Virus record (IMG/VR): IMGVR_UViG_2706796742_000001
Location: 23,511 to 87,510 of that record
DNA: 64,000 nucleotides
DNA from: a virus
Lineage: Duplodnaviria; Heunggongvirae; Uroviricota; Caudoviricetes
Strand: one strand, 5' to 3'
Under the pieces are notes generated by a model. That model saw nothing but the letters and a program-made list of their open reading frames with translations. It was not told the DNA's origin and did not search any database. This document shows positions 14,402 to 32,239 of the stretch, piece after piece. The position numbers were made by a program, and so were the translations under genes. Positions within the stretch are counted from its first letter, which is position 1. Every line of letters starts with the position of its first letter.

Positions 14402-15508
14402 ATGTTGACTAATTCTGAAAAAAGCAGATTTTTCCTTGCTGACCTGACTGGTGAAGTCCAGTCTATCCCAAATACTTATGGGTATATTTCCAACTTAGGT
14501 CTGTTCCGTTCAGCACCAATCACCCAAACTACTTTCCTTATGGACTTGACTGATTGGGATGTTAGCTTGCTTGATGCGGTAGACCGTGATAGCCGTAAAG
14601 CAGAGACTAGCGCACCTGAGCGTGTTCGTCAAATCAGCTTCCCAATGATGTATTTCAAAGAAGTTGAAAGCATCACTCCTGATGAGATTCAGGGTGTACG
14701 TCAGCCAGGCACTGCAAACGAACTGACTACTGAAGCTGTAGTACGTGCTAAGAAGCTGATGAAGATTCGTACCAAGTTCGATATTACTCGTGAGTTCCTG
14801 TTTATGCAAGCTCTGAAGGGTAAAGTTGTTGATGCTCGTGGCACTCTGTATGCTGACCTGTACAAGCAGTTCGACGTTGAGAAGAAGACTATTTACTTCG
14901 ACCTTGACAACCCTAATGCTGACATCGACGCTTCTATCGAAGAACTGCGTATGCACATGGAAGACGAAGCTAAGACTGGCACTGTAATCAACGGTGAAGA
15001 AATTCACGTAGTTGTTGACCGTGTATTCTTCAGCAAACTGACTAAACATCCTAAGATTCGTGACGCTTATCTTGCACAGCAGACTCCGCTGGCTTGGCAA
15101 CAGATTACTGGTTCTCTGAGAACTGGTGGTACTGACGGCGTTCAGGCTCATATGAACACCTTCTACTACGGTGGTGTTAAGTTTGTCCAGTACAACGGTA
15201 AGTTCAAAGACAAGCGTGGTAAGGTTCACACTCTGGTGAGCATTGATAGCGTGGCAGCAACTGTTGGTGTAGGTCATGCTTTCCCTAACGTTTCTATGCT
15301 GGGTGAAGCAAACAACATCTTCGAAGTGGCATATGGTCCATGTCCTAAGATGGGTTATGCAAATACACTTGGTCAGGAACTATACGTATTCGAATACGAA
15401 AAAGACCGTGATGAAGGTATTGACTTTGAAGCTCACTCTTACATGCTGCCATACTGTACTCGTCCTCAGTTGCTGGTAGACGTTCGTTCTGACGCTAAAC
15501 CAAACTAA
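14402..15508 (+). CDS. major capsid protein (by position and size)
   Basis: 368-aa ORF with GGAGA RBS immediately after protease/scaffold; no motif verified. Confidence 0.6.
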   Translation: MLTNSEKSRFFLADLTGEVQSIPNTYGYISNLGLFRSAPITQTTFLMDLTDWDVSLLDAVDRDSRKAETSAPERVRQISFPMMYFKEVESITPDEIQGVRQPGTANELTTEAVVRAKKLMKIRTKFDITREFLFMQALKGKVVDARGTLYADLYKQFDVEKKTIYFDLDNPNADIDASIEELRMHMEDEAKTGTVINGEEIHVVVDRVFFSKLTKHPKIRDAYLAQQTPLAWQQITGSLRTGGTDGVQAHMNTFYYGGVKFVQYNGKFKDKRGKVHTLVSIDSVAATVGVGHAFPNVSMLGEANNIFEVAYGPCPKMGYANTLGQELYVFEYEKDRDEGIDFEAHSYMLPYCTRPQLLVDVRSDAKPN

Positions 15509-15529
15509 TATTCTTAAGGAGGGTTATGA

Positions 15530-15979
15530 ATGTGTTATACAGGCGACCCAGCCAATAACCCTCTTGATAGAGTAAGAATCCTCTGCACAGACACCAATAA
15601 TGATGAAATTCTTATTGAACAGTCTGTGCTAGAGTGGTTCTATCTAGAATCTGGAAAGGATGAAAAGAAAGCAGCCATCAAAGCTCTTAAATATTTACTC
15701 TTTCAAGTAGCCAAGATGGGAGATGAGAAGGTTGGTGGTGTTTACTTACGTAACTCTTCCAGATTCAAATCTCTGAAAGCTGTTTATGACGACCTTGTTA
15801 AAAGCTCTGTTTCAGGACTGCCCTATGCAGGTGGTATCAATCAGTGTGACATTGACATGCGTCGTCAGAATCCTTGCTCTGTCAAGAAATACACAGAATA
15901 TGGTGATGCTGCCAGATACGAAGGCAGAGATTACTGCAACCGTGTTAATGGCGTATTTATTATCGAGCGAGATGAATAA
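15530..15979 (+). CDS. head-tail connector/completion protein (positional)
   Basis: 149-aa ORF with AGGAGG RBS. Confidence 0.4.
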   Translation: MCYTGDPANNPLDRVRILCTDTNNDEILIEQSVLEWFYLESGKDEKKAAIKALKYLLFQVAKMGDEKVGGVYLRNSSRFKSLKAVYDDLVKSSVSGLPYAGGINQCDIDMRRQNPCSVKKYTEYGDAARYEGRDYCNRVNGVFIIERDE

Positions 15980-16461
15980 TGGTTAAAAGGGTTATTCACC
16001 CCGCTAGAGCAAAATTAGTCGGGGCTATGAAGAACTTGCACACGGCTAATGCTCAAGTTGGGTATTTTCAAGAACAAGGTCAACATAGCTCTGGTTTTTC
16101 TTATCCTGCTTTAATGTATTTGCAAGAAGTTATTGGGGTTCCTTCAGCTTCTGGTAAAGTATATCGTAGGTTGTTTGAAATCACTATGATGCTAAACAAA
16201 CAGACCTTGTTAGAGCAGACTAAGAAGAATCTATATAAGCAACTTAGCAGTCTCAACACAGACCCTTCAAATACCTTAGAAGCATTTGCAAAGAATGCTC
16301 AGAAGGTAATTAAAAGAGGTTTTGGTAATTCTGCTATCCTCCCTCCTAACGCACCTTCCACAGTCAAGAAAAAAGGTTTTAATGCACCTCTTGTTGAGAC
16401 AGGTGACTTAAGAGATAACCTTGCTTATAAAATTTCTACTAAGAAGGGTATTAAAAAATGA
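15979..16461 (+). CDS. head-tail joining protein (positional)
   Basis: 160-aa ORF, overlapping start. Confidence 0.4.
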   Translation: MVKRVIHPARAKLVGAMKNLHTANAQVGYFQEQGQHSSGFSYPALMYLQEVIGVPSASGKVYRRLFEITMMLNKQTLLEQTKKNLYKQLSSLNTDPSNTLEAFAKNAQKVIKRGFGNSAILPPNAPSTVKKKGFNAPLVETGDLRDNLAYKISTKKGIKK

Positions 16462-16859
16462 GGCTCTTAAACAGACACAGCTTTGTAGTAAAGCGTAAAG
16501 TCTCTGAAGATGGTTACTATAATGATGATGGTGATTGGGTAGCTTCACAAGATATTGTTGAGGTTAACTGTAAAGGTAATATCCAGCCATACATCAAAGG
16601 TTCTGTAAAGAACGGTACACAGATTGCTTTACCAGAAGGTATTAGACTCACTGATACGAGAATCTTGTATACCACATATAAACTTAGAACTTCAGATGAT
16701 GTAGAGTGGAATGAGTCTGACATTGTTATGATTGATGGCCATGAGTATGAAGTATTTATGACTATGGATTGGTCACAGCAATTAGCCCATACGTCCCATT
16801 ATGAATATATCATTATTAGAAGGGATAAAATGAATGCAGTTAGAAACAGCAGAACTTGA
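16458..16859 (+). CDS. tail completion protein (positional)
   Basis: 133-aa ORF. Confidence 0.4.
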   Translation: MRLLNRHSFVVKRKVSEDGYYNDDGDWVASQDIVEVNCKGNIQPYIKGSVKNGTQIALPEGIRLTDTRILYTTYKLRTSDDVEWNESDIVMIDGHEYEVFMTMDWSQQLAHTSHYEYIIIRRDKMNAVRNSRT

Positions 16860-17433
16860 AAAAGGTCTAGTTAGAACCTTAGTGGATGTTATTGGTCACA
16901 GACTAGCTCGTGATAAAAATAATAGACCAAATGTAATTAGAGCTTACCCTTCTGATAACTCAAATGACAAAGGTTTAAAACCTGACCAGCCATTTATTAC
17001 CGTATATTGTCAAGATGCTGCAACACCTTATGGTTGGGTTCTTGATAAGTTTGTTGAGGATGATGTAGTTTGCTACAGAATTGCTTTTCAGATTCCTGTA
17101 CTGATTACGGTAAATGGTAAAGGTGCTCATAGTATTATGCTTGAGCTTAAACAACGATTAGAGATGAGTTCAGTAAGAGATTTAATCCTTGAAGAAACAG
17201 GAGCTACAGTACTAGACACTGGAGCAATCCCTAATGATTATACTTATCTCAATACAGATTTCGAAAATTCTGCACCTCTTGTTGTAACTCTTGTAAAAAA
17301 CTCAGTCCTGAAAGATGAACGTGGAAGTATTATTGAGCGTGTCATTGTTGATGGTGAGTTAGTTTATGAAGAAGGACAAGAGCCACCAGAATATACTATC
17401 CATCTAGATGTAGACTCCAAAGGGGTAAAATAA
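16834..17433 (+). CDS. tail completion/terminator protein (positional)
   Basis: 199-aa ORF. Confidence 0.4.
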   Translation: MQLETAELEKGLVRTLVDVIGHRLARDKNNRPNVIRAYPSDNSNDKGLKPDQPFITVYCQDAATPYGWVLDKFVEDDVVCYRIAFQIPVLITVNGKGAHSIMLELKQRLEMSSVRDLILEETGATVLDTGAIPNDYTYLNTDFENSAPLVVTLVKNSVLKDERGSIIERVIVDGELVYEEGQEPPEYTIHLDVDSKGVK

Positions 17434-18786
17434 ATGTGGAATCCAATTGTTAATGTAGATATTACATTGAACACCGCAGGAACTACAAGAGAAGGTTTTG
17501 GCTTACCACTATTCTTAGCTTCAACAGATAACTTTGAAGAAAGAGTCCGTGGTTACACTTCCTTAACTGAAGTTGCTGAAGATTTCGATGAAAATTCTGC
17601 TGCATATAAGGCTGCTAAACAACTTTGGAGTCAAACTCCTAAAGTAACTCAGCTTTATATTGGTAGACGTGCTATGCAGTATACTGTATCAATTCCTGAT
17701 GCCGTTACTGAAAGTACAGACTACTCAATTACTGTAGCTGCTGGCGGTGGAATTTCTCAACCATACCAGTATACAGCGCAAAGCTCAGACACTGCCGAAA
17801 ATGTGTTGCAACAGTTTAAAACACAGATTGAAGCTGACCCAGCAATTAAAGATAAAGTTTCTGTGAACGTAACTGGTAGTGGTGCTTCTGCCACAATGAT
17901 TATTACCAAAGCTGGTGATAATGACTTTGTGAAAGTAACAACTACAGCGCAGACTGTGTATGTTGCAAGCACAACTGCTGATACAGCATCAACTGCTCTG
18001 GCAGCCATTGAAGCTTATTCAACTGACTGGTATTTCATTGCAGCAGAAGATAGAACTCAACAGTTTGTCTTAGCAATGGCTTCTGAGATTCAGGCTCGTA
18101 AGAAAATCTTCTTCACTGCCAACTCTGATGTATCAGCACTACAAGGTACAGAATTAAACAGTGCAAATGATGTTCCAGCACAGCTTGCTAAGAGTATGTA
18201 CACCCGCACAGTTTGCTTGTGGCATCACACAGCAGCAGAAGATTACCCAGAGATGGCATACATCGCTTATGGTGCTCCATATGATGCGGGTTCAATTGCT
18301 TGGGGTAATGCACAGTTAACTGGTGTAGCTGCTTCTCTACAGCCATCTAATCACAGACCTTTGACAAGTATTCAGAAGTCTGCTTTAGATGCACGTCACT
18401 GTAACTTTATTGACCTTGATGGTGGTGTTCCAGTGGTTCGTAGAGGGATTACTTCTGGTGGGGAATGGATTGACATCATCCGTGGCGTTGACTGGTTAGA
18501 ATCAGACCTGAAAACTTCTCTGAGAGACTTGCTAATTAACCAGAAGGGTGGTAAGATTACTTATGATGATACTGGTATTACCCGTATTCGTCAAGTCATT
18601 GAAACCTCTCTACAAAGAGCAGTTAACAGAAACTTCCTGTCATCTTACACAGTTAATGTTCCTAAAGCCTCTCAAGTTGCTTTGGCAGACAAGAAAGCTC
18701 GTATCCTGAAAGATGTTACCTTCGCAGGTATCTTAGCAGGTGCTATCTTGGATGTTGACTTGAAAGGTACAGTGGCTTACGAATAA
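17434..18786 (+). CDS. tail sheath protein (positional)
   Basis: 450-aa ORF immediately before a ~150-aa tube-like ORF and the tape measure. Confidence 0.55.
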   Translation: MWNPIVNVDITLNTAGTTREGFGLPLFLASTDNFEERVRGYTSLTEVAEDFDENSAAYKAAKQLWSQTPKVTQLYIGRRAMQYTVSIPDAVTESTDYSITVAAGGGISQPYQYTAQSSDTAENVLQQFKTQIEADPAIKDKVSVNVTGSGASATMIITKAGDNDFVKVTTTAQTVYVASTTADTASTALAAIEAYSTDWYFIAAEDRTQQFVLAMASEIQARKKIFFTANSDVSALQGTELNSANDVPAQLAKSMYTRTVCLWHHTAAEDYPEMAYIAYGAPYDAGSIAWGNAQLTGVAASLQPSNHRPLTSIQKSALDARHCNFIDLDGGVPVVRRGITSGGEWIDIIRGVDWLESDLKTSLRDLLINQKGGKITYDDTGITRIRQVIETSLQRAVNRNFLSSYTVNVPKASQVALADKKARILKDVTFAGILAGAILDVDLKGTVAYE

Positions 18787-18801
18787 TAGAGGTAAATTGG
18801 A

Positions 18802-19248
18802 ATGGCTATGTATCAGCAATATTCCCCTAAAGACGTTGTATGTAGCTGGAATGGCATTGCTATTGAAGGCTTTGCCCCAGACTCATTCTTACGTCTACAG
18901 AGAACATCACCACTTATTACACCAGTTGTAGGTGCAGGTGGTCAAGTTGCTCTGACAAGAAATGCAGACAAGACAGGTACTATTGAGATTGAGCTAATGC
19001 AGACTTCTCTCTCTAACCAGATGCTTTCTGCAATTCAAGCTAAACAAGACAATATGGAACTTGAAGAAGATATCTCTTCTAACTTCGTAATCTACGACCC
19101 ATCAGGCTCTGTTCTGGCAACTGGTATTAATGCTTGGTTGCAGGAATTACCACAGATTGAACTTGGTCGTGACCAGAACTCTAAGACTTGGATTTTTGGT
19201 TGTGAGAAGCTAGACTACACTTCTACAATTCCAGCGTCAAGTGTTTAA
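18802..19248 (+). CDS. tail tube protein (positional)
   Basis: 148-aa ORF after sheath, followed by a terminator. Confidence 0.5.
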   Translation: MAMYQQYSPKDVVCSWNGIAIEGFAPDSFLRLQRTSPLITPVVGAGGQVALTRNADKTGTIEIELMQTSLSNQMLSAIQAKQDNMELEEDISSNFVIYDPSGSVLATGINAWLQELPQIELGRDQNSKTWIFGCEKLDYTSTIPASSV

Positions 19249-19260
19249 TATATCCTATAA

Positions 19261-19292
19261 GGGGGAGACTTTAAAAGGTCTTCCCCTTTTTT
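19261..19292 (+). terminator. intrinsic terminator after tail tube gene
   Basis: GGGGGAGAC ... GGTCTTCCCC hairpin followed by TTTTTT. Confidence 0.55.
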
Positions 19293-19321
19293 GTTTCTTT
19301 TGAAAGTATTAAGGAATCACA

Positions 19322-19720
19322 ATGAAAACAGAATCTAGAGTAATTAACGGTAAGAAAGTAAATATCATTCTGCTTGGGGCAAGAGATGGTATTAAGATGT
19401 CTATGAAGTTGGGTAAAATTGTTGTTCCAACTTTTGCACAGATGCTATCAAGTCTGACTGATAAAGATAAGAAAGAGGCTCCAACGGTTCCATTTAAAGA
19501 ACTTGTTGAGGCTTGTTTTGACAGAATTGAAGAAATTAACCTTGAAGAAATGGCTACCCTACTATTTCAAGGGGCAACTGTTGATGACTTCCCACTTAAT
19601 ATTGATACGTACTTCCAAGCAAACTATGGTGAATTTATTGATTACTTAGCATTTGCGCTGGAGGCAAACTTCGGAAGTTTTTTCGAAGCAAGCATTTTCA
19701 AAAGCCTAACTTCTCAGTAA
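19322..19720 (+). CDS. tail assembly chaperone (positional)
   Basis: 132-aa ORF directly upstream of tape measure. Confidence 0.45.
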   Translation: MKTESRVINGKKVNIILLGARDGIKMSMKLGKIVVPTFAQMLSSLTDKDKKEAPTVPFKELVEACFDRIEEINLEEMATLLFQGATVDDFPLNIDTYFQANYGEFIDYLAFALEANFGSFFEASIFKSLTSQ

Positions 19721-19722
19721 AC

Positions 19723-19961
19723 ATGGGTAACACTCTACAGACACCACTAACTGATGCTGCTGTAGAGTCAACCTATGAAGAAGCAGACGAGATGAAATTT
19801 GTGCTTGCTATTTATGGTATGGAAGGGTGTAAAGAAACACTTGACCAACTCTTTGCTATGACATTCTCTGATTTATTATCATTGAGACAATTTCTTGAAA
19901 TTCAGAGGTCGTATAAAGAGGAAATTGCTTACAACGAACTTAGAAGAGCAGGAAAAATGTA

Positions 19962-19962
<1 letters not shown>
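19723..19962 (+). CDS. second tail assembly chaperone ORF (positional)
   Basis: 79-aa ORF between chaperone and tape measure. Confidence 0.35.
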
Positions 19963-27996
<8,034 letters not shown>

Positions 27997-27998
27997 TA

Positions 27999-29165
27999 AT
28001 GGCAGTAGGTGAAATTCAAATTAGTGCCTTGCCTCAAGCAGCCTTACCAATTGACCTTAGTGATATCTTCCATCTTAAGCAGGGTATTGAGGATAAGAGA
28101 TGCACTCTTGAGCAACTACTTGCTCCACACTCAAGCCTAAGAAACAACCCTCATGGTGTTACTAAGACACAGATTGGTTTAGATAATGTTATTAATGCTC
28201 TTCAGTTAGTTGCTGCAAATAACTTATCAGATGTTACTAATGTTGATGAGGCAAGAGCAAATCTACAGATTATGTCTTCAGAAGAGGTTAATAACCTTGT
28301 TCAACAGCATATTAATGATAAGAGTAACCCACACAACACAACTAAGGCACAGGTTGGTTTAAGTAATGTTCAGAACTGGACAACATCTAACCTTTATAAT
28401 GAAGATGCAGATAAGTACGCTACAGCAAGAGCAGTAAATAACTTGTACAAGGCTGTTCAGGCTTCTTACCCTGTCGGTACATTACATCTCTCTATGAATC
28501 CTGCAAACCCTTCTACATATTTAATTTGTGGGGGCACTTGGGAGTTAGTATCAAAAGGGCGAGCATTAGTAGGTTACGGTGATAACTCAAGGCCAGTTGG
28601 TAGTAACTTTGGCTCTAGTAGTGTTAGTTTGTCTAGTAACAATTTACCATCACACAGTCATTCAATCTATCTAACTGGTGGTGGGCATACACATGGTGCT
28701 GCCATTGCTATTGATAGCTTTGATTATGGTACTAAGGGTACAAGCAGTTTCGATTATGGAACAAAAAACACTAATACTACAGGGAATCACTCACACTCAG
28801 TCAGTGGTTCTACCAATACCACTGGTAACCACCAGCATAGTGTAGGTGGTCGTTACGGTGGTGACTCTATCGGTGGTAAACAGCGTGTTCAGGTATCAGG
28901 AACAAACCAGATTTCAAGTGTTGCTGGTGACCACTCCCATACTATTAGCGGCTCAACTAATACAGTTGGTGACCACTACCATAGTGTTGCAATTGGGGCT
29001 CATACACATACGGTTGGGATTGGTGCTCATACACATAAAGGCACAGTAACTTTGCAGTCATCTGAACATACTCACTCAGGTACTACGGGTGCTACTGGTG
29101 CTGGTCAAGCATTTAGTATTGAACAACCATCTTTTGTTGTTTATGTGTGGCAAAGAACCGCTTAA
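27999..29165 (+). CDS. tail fiber protein with His-rich C-terminal tip
   Basis: 388 aa; repeated HxH triads (GNHSHSVSG, GNHQHSVGG, GDHSHTISG, GDHYHSVAIGAHTHTVGIGAHTH); C-terminus shared with the next ORF. Confidence 0.65.
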   Translation: MAVGEIQISALPQAALPIDLSDIFHLKQGIEDKRCTLEQLLAPHSSLRNNPHGVTKTQIGLDNVINALQLVAANNLSDVTNVDEARANLQIMSSEEVNNLVQQHINDKSNPHNTTKAQVGLSNVQNWTTSNLYNEDADKYATARAVNNLYKAVQASYPVGTLHLSMNPANPSTYLICGGTWELVSKGRALVGYGDNSRPVGSNFGSSSVSLSSNNLPSHSHSIYLTGGGHTHGAAIAIDSFDYGTKGTSSFDYGTKNTNTTGNHSHSVSGSTNTTGNHQHSVGGRYGGDSIGGKQRVQVSGTNQISSVAGDHSHTISGSTNTVGDHYHSVAIGAHTHTVGIGAHTHKGTVTLQSSEHTHSGTTGATGAGQAFSIEQPSFVVYVWQRTA

Positions 29166-29174
29166 TTTCTTTAC

Positions 29175-29195
29175 AGGGGCTTTATAGCCCCTTTT
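29175..29195 (+). terminator. terminator-like hairpin between the two fiber genes
   Basis: AGGGGCT-TTAT-AGCCCCT followed by TTTT. Confidence 0.45.
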
Positions 29196-29211
29196 AAGAG
29201 GAAAATTTATA

Positions 29212-31554
29212 ATGGTAGATTACAAGTTGAGTGAATTAAACTCAATCGACACAATCCGTTCAGACGACCTTCTTCATGTCAGAGTTAAAAAGAGACCTGA
29301 AATGCTGGGTGATGAAGACCGTCGAATGACCTATCAAGATTTCTTAGCATCTTTTAAACTTGAAAGATTTGTTCAGATTGCTGGTAGTACTATGACTGGT
29401 GACTTAGGGATTGTTAAGTTACTTTATGGTGGTAAGTCAGTATTTGACCCAACAGGTTCTTCTGAGATTACTATTGGGGATGTTTTAAAGACTTTTAAAA
29501 TTAACGCAAATGGTCTTAAGCTAACCATTGCAGATGCTTCGAGGTCAGCAACTGTTTATCATACTCTTAATAAACCAAGCCCTAATGAACTTGGGATGAG
29601 AACTAATGAAGAGAATGATGCAAGATATGCAAGGCTTGCTGTCACAAACACATTCTCTGGAACTCAGAACATTCAAGGTGATGTTAACTTACTTCGCCTT
29701 AGAAACCAAAATGCAAACAATGCACAATATATTGAAGGTGTAAACCTAGATGGTTCAGCTAGATGGTTGGTTGGTATTAGTAAAAATGGCTCTGATGCAG
29801 TGCAACTGTACAATAATAAATATGACTCAGCTTTGACTATTGCAAGCAATGTCTCTGTTAATAAGTCTTTAGCAATCACTGGTCAAGTTCAACCATCAGA
29901 TTTCTCTAACTTAGATGCTAGATACTTTACTCAGACAGCAGCTAATCAGAGATTTGCACAGTTAGCTGGCAATAACACTTTTAGTGGCTCGAACACATTT
30001 ATTAACAGACTAAGTGTTTTCAAAAAAGATGGTGAGGCAATTAGGCTACAGAATAACAATGCTACACGGCCATTGTACATTATGGCGATTGATAGCGAAG
30101 GTGCCAAAAGATGGTACGTTGGTAATACTGATACAAGTGATAACGTAGTTCTAGAAAACTACAAAACTGGTGGAAAAATTACTGTAGGTACAAGTGTTAA
30201 TATCAATAAAACACTAACTGTAACTGGTCAAGTTCAACCTTCTGATTGGACTAATATTGATTCAAGATATATTCCGGTAGGAACTTTGAGTAATCTTGCT
30301 AAACTTAATGTTAAGAATACTTTTTCTCAAGGCCAGATTATCAATGCTGATGGGGAAGGTCTTAAGATTCAAGGTGTAAAAGATACTGGTGGATTGTTCT
30401 TGCAAGGTTGTACTTCTTCTGGTGCTAAGAAGTGGTTTATGGGTACTAATGATGCAGGTAACTTCACTATCAGGGAGATGGTGCTAGGCACTGAACTGTC
30501 TCTTAGGGAGAACTATATTCAGTTTAATAAGAATGTGACAATCAATGGTCAAGTTCAACCTTCAGATTTCTCTAACTTAGATGCCAGATACTACGTTAAA
30601 TCGGCAACCGATGCGAAGTACATCTGGTCAGCAGTCAGGGAGACAGTAAGAGAGGAGGATGGTGGTGTAGCTTGGAATAAACCTTCAGGAATCTATCTGT
30701 GGATGCGCAAGGGTGGTGGGTCAAACCGTTTAGTCTCGCACATGTTCGTTAATACGGGAGCATCAACACCTGCTGCACAATTGATGTTTGATTATAGAAA
30801 TGGTGGGATGTGGTACAGAACAGCCAGAGACGCACATGGTTTTGAGCAGGACTGGGCTAAGGTTTATACAGAGGCTCAGAAGCCAACCCCTTCAGAAATT
30901 GGTGCATACACTAAAGCTGAAACTGACCAGAAGATTGCAACAGCAATTACTAATTCTACAGACCTTAATAAAATCTATCCAGTAGGTATTGTAACGTGGT
31001 TTAACAGTAATGTTGACCCTAATACTGCACTTCCTGGATTAACTTGGACGTACCTGAACAATGGTGTTGGCAGAACTATTAGAATTGCAGCAGCAAATGG
31101 TTCAGATGTTGCTACAACTGGTGGTTCAGACTCTGTAACGTTATCTGTTGGTAACTTGCCTTCACACACTCATAGTTTCTCTGCGACTACTTCATCATTT
31201 GACTATGGTACAAAGACCACTAACAGTACTGGTGCTCATACACACTCGGTCAGTGGTTCTACTAACAACACTGGTGCTCATACACACACTGTAGGTGGTC
31301 GTTACGGTGGTGACTCCATCGGTGGTAAACAGCGTGTTCAGGTATCAGGAACAAACCAAGTTTCAAGCTCTGCTGGTGCTCACGCTCACACTGTGTCTGG
31401 TACTGCTGCTTCTGCTGGTGCTCATGCTCACACAGTAGGTATTGGTGCTCACAGCCACACAGTATCTGGTAACACAGGTGGTACAGGTTCTGGTTCAGCG
31501 TTTAGTGTTACTAATCAGTTCTACAAGTTAATGGCTTGGGTAAGGACTGCTTAA
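29212..31554 (+). CDS. large tail fiber protein with His-rich C-terminal tip
   Basis: 780 aa; internal repeats (LAITGQVQPSD x3) and C-terminal HxH module GAHTHSVSG ... GAHAHTVGIGAHSHTVSG. Confidence 0.7.
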   Translation: MVDYKLSELNSIDTIRSDDLLHVRVKKRPEMLGDEDRRMTYQDFLASFKLERFVQIAGSTMTGDLGIVKLLYGGKSVFDPTGSSEITIGDVLKTFKINANGLKLTIADASRSATVYHTLNKPSPNELGMRTNEENDARYARLAVTNTFSGTQNIQGDVNLLRLRNQNANNAQYIEGVNLDGSARWLVGISKNGSDAVQLYNNKYDSALTIASNVSVNKSLAITGQVQPSDFSNLDARYFTQTAANQRFAQLAGNNTFSGSNTFINRLSVFKKDGEAIRLQNNNATRPLYIMAIDSEGAKRWYVGNTDTSDNVVLENYKTGGKITVGTSVNINKTLTVTGQVQPSDWTNIDSRYIPVGTLSNLAKLNVKNTFSQGQIINADGEGLKIQGVKDTGGLFLQGCTSSGAKKWFMGTNDAGNFTIREMVLGTELSLRENYIQFNKNVTINGQVQPSDFSNLDARYYVKSATDAKYIWSAVRETVREEDGGVAWNKPSGIYLWMRKGGGSNRLVSHMFVNTGASTPAAQLMFDYRNGGMWYRTARDAHGFEQDWAKVYTEAQKPTPSEIGAYTKAETDQKIATAITNSTDLNKIYPVGIVTWFNSNVDPNTALPGLTWTYLNNGVGRTIRIAAANGSDVATTGGSDSVTLSVGNLPSHTHSFSATTSSFDYGTKTTNSTGAHTHSVSGSTNNTGAHTHTVGGRYGGDSIGGKQRVQVSGTNQVSSSAGAHAHTVSGTAASAGAHAHTVGIGAHSHTVSGNTGGTGSGSAFSVTNQFYKLMAWVRTA

Positions 31555-31633
31555 TACCTTGTTGACTGATTATTAAGATGGTGTTAATATTCTTTATAGG
31601 TATTCTCACCATCTTGGCTGGTAAGGTGATTAA

Positions 31634-31828
31634 ATGCCTACAATCCTAGCAATTCTTCTAAAAAATCTAGGTAGCTTCTTCTGGAAACTCATTTTATCCC
31701 TTCTAAGTGAATACATGATTGAGAAAGTGTTCTTTAGGCTTGCAAGATACCTTGCGAGTAAAACAGACACACCTATTGATGATGAGTTCGTAGATAACTT
31801 AGAAAAAGCTTTTAAGGGGGAGAAATAA
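31634..31828 (+). CDS. small membrane protein (possible holin)
   Basis: 64 aa with hydrophobic N-terminal segment; sits after the tail fibers. Confidence 0.3.
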   Translation: MPTILAILLKNLGSFFWKLILSLLSEYMIEKVFFRLARYLASKTDTPIDDEFVDNLEKAFKGEK

Positions 31829-32200
31829 ATGAAGTGGCTAGAGGAAGCTTTTAAAAATAATATTGGTGCAATTGTAGTTGGTATTTTTAGTGTTATTGGG
31901 ACATTTACCACGATGCAGGTTTCAAGTGGTAAACAAGAAGTGTCTGTCACAACGAAATTACAGCAGTTAGATAGTTATTCAAAAAGTAACTACTCAGCTA
32001 TTCGTGATTTACAATCTGACATGAGACTACTCCAGCTAGGGATGGAGAACCAGAAAGTCCAGTTAGAGAATGTTAAGGGTGAGAACGCAAAACTTACCAA
32101 AACCCTTGATAAATTCTCTGATAGCGTGAACAATCTGGCTCAATCAGTATCAGCCCTCCAAGCTATTACTGAGAAGAACACAAAGAATACTGAAAAATAA
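31829..32200 (+). CDS. membrane-anchored coiled-coil protein (possible spanin-like lysis protein)
   Basis: 123 aa; N-terminal hydrophobic segment IGAIVVGIFSVIGTF then heptad-like Q/L/E/K-rich sequence. Confidence 0.35.
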   Translation: MKWLEEAFKNNIGAIVVGIFSVIGTFTTMQVSSGKQEVSVTTKLQQLDSYSKSNYSAIRDLQSDMRLLQLGMENQKVQLENVKGENAKLTKTLDKFSDSVNNLAQSVSALQAITEKNTKNTEK

Positions 32201-32206
32201 AATTTT

Positions 32207-32237
32207 AAGGCTCCCGTAAAAAGGAGCCTTTTTTTGT
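32207..32237. terminator. bidirectional intrinsic terminator between converging gene blocks
   Basis: AAGGCTCC-CGTAAAAA-GGAGCCTT followed by TTTTTTTGTTTT; A-rich on the opposite side. Confidence 0.7.
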
Positions 32238-32239
32238 TT

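Noticed and set aside
14510-15277. 255-aa antisense ORF inside the capsid gene, and similar nested ORFs (26914-27438, 40414-41337, 62727-63254 and others)
   Set aside because: Antisense to or nested in long, well-supported genes; low-complexity translations; typical shadow ORFs
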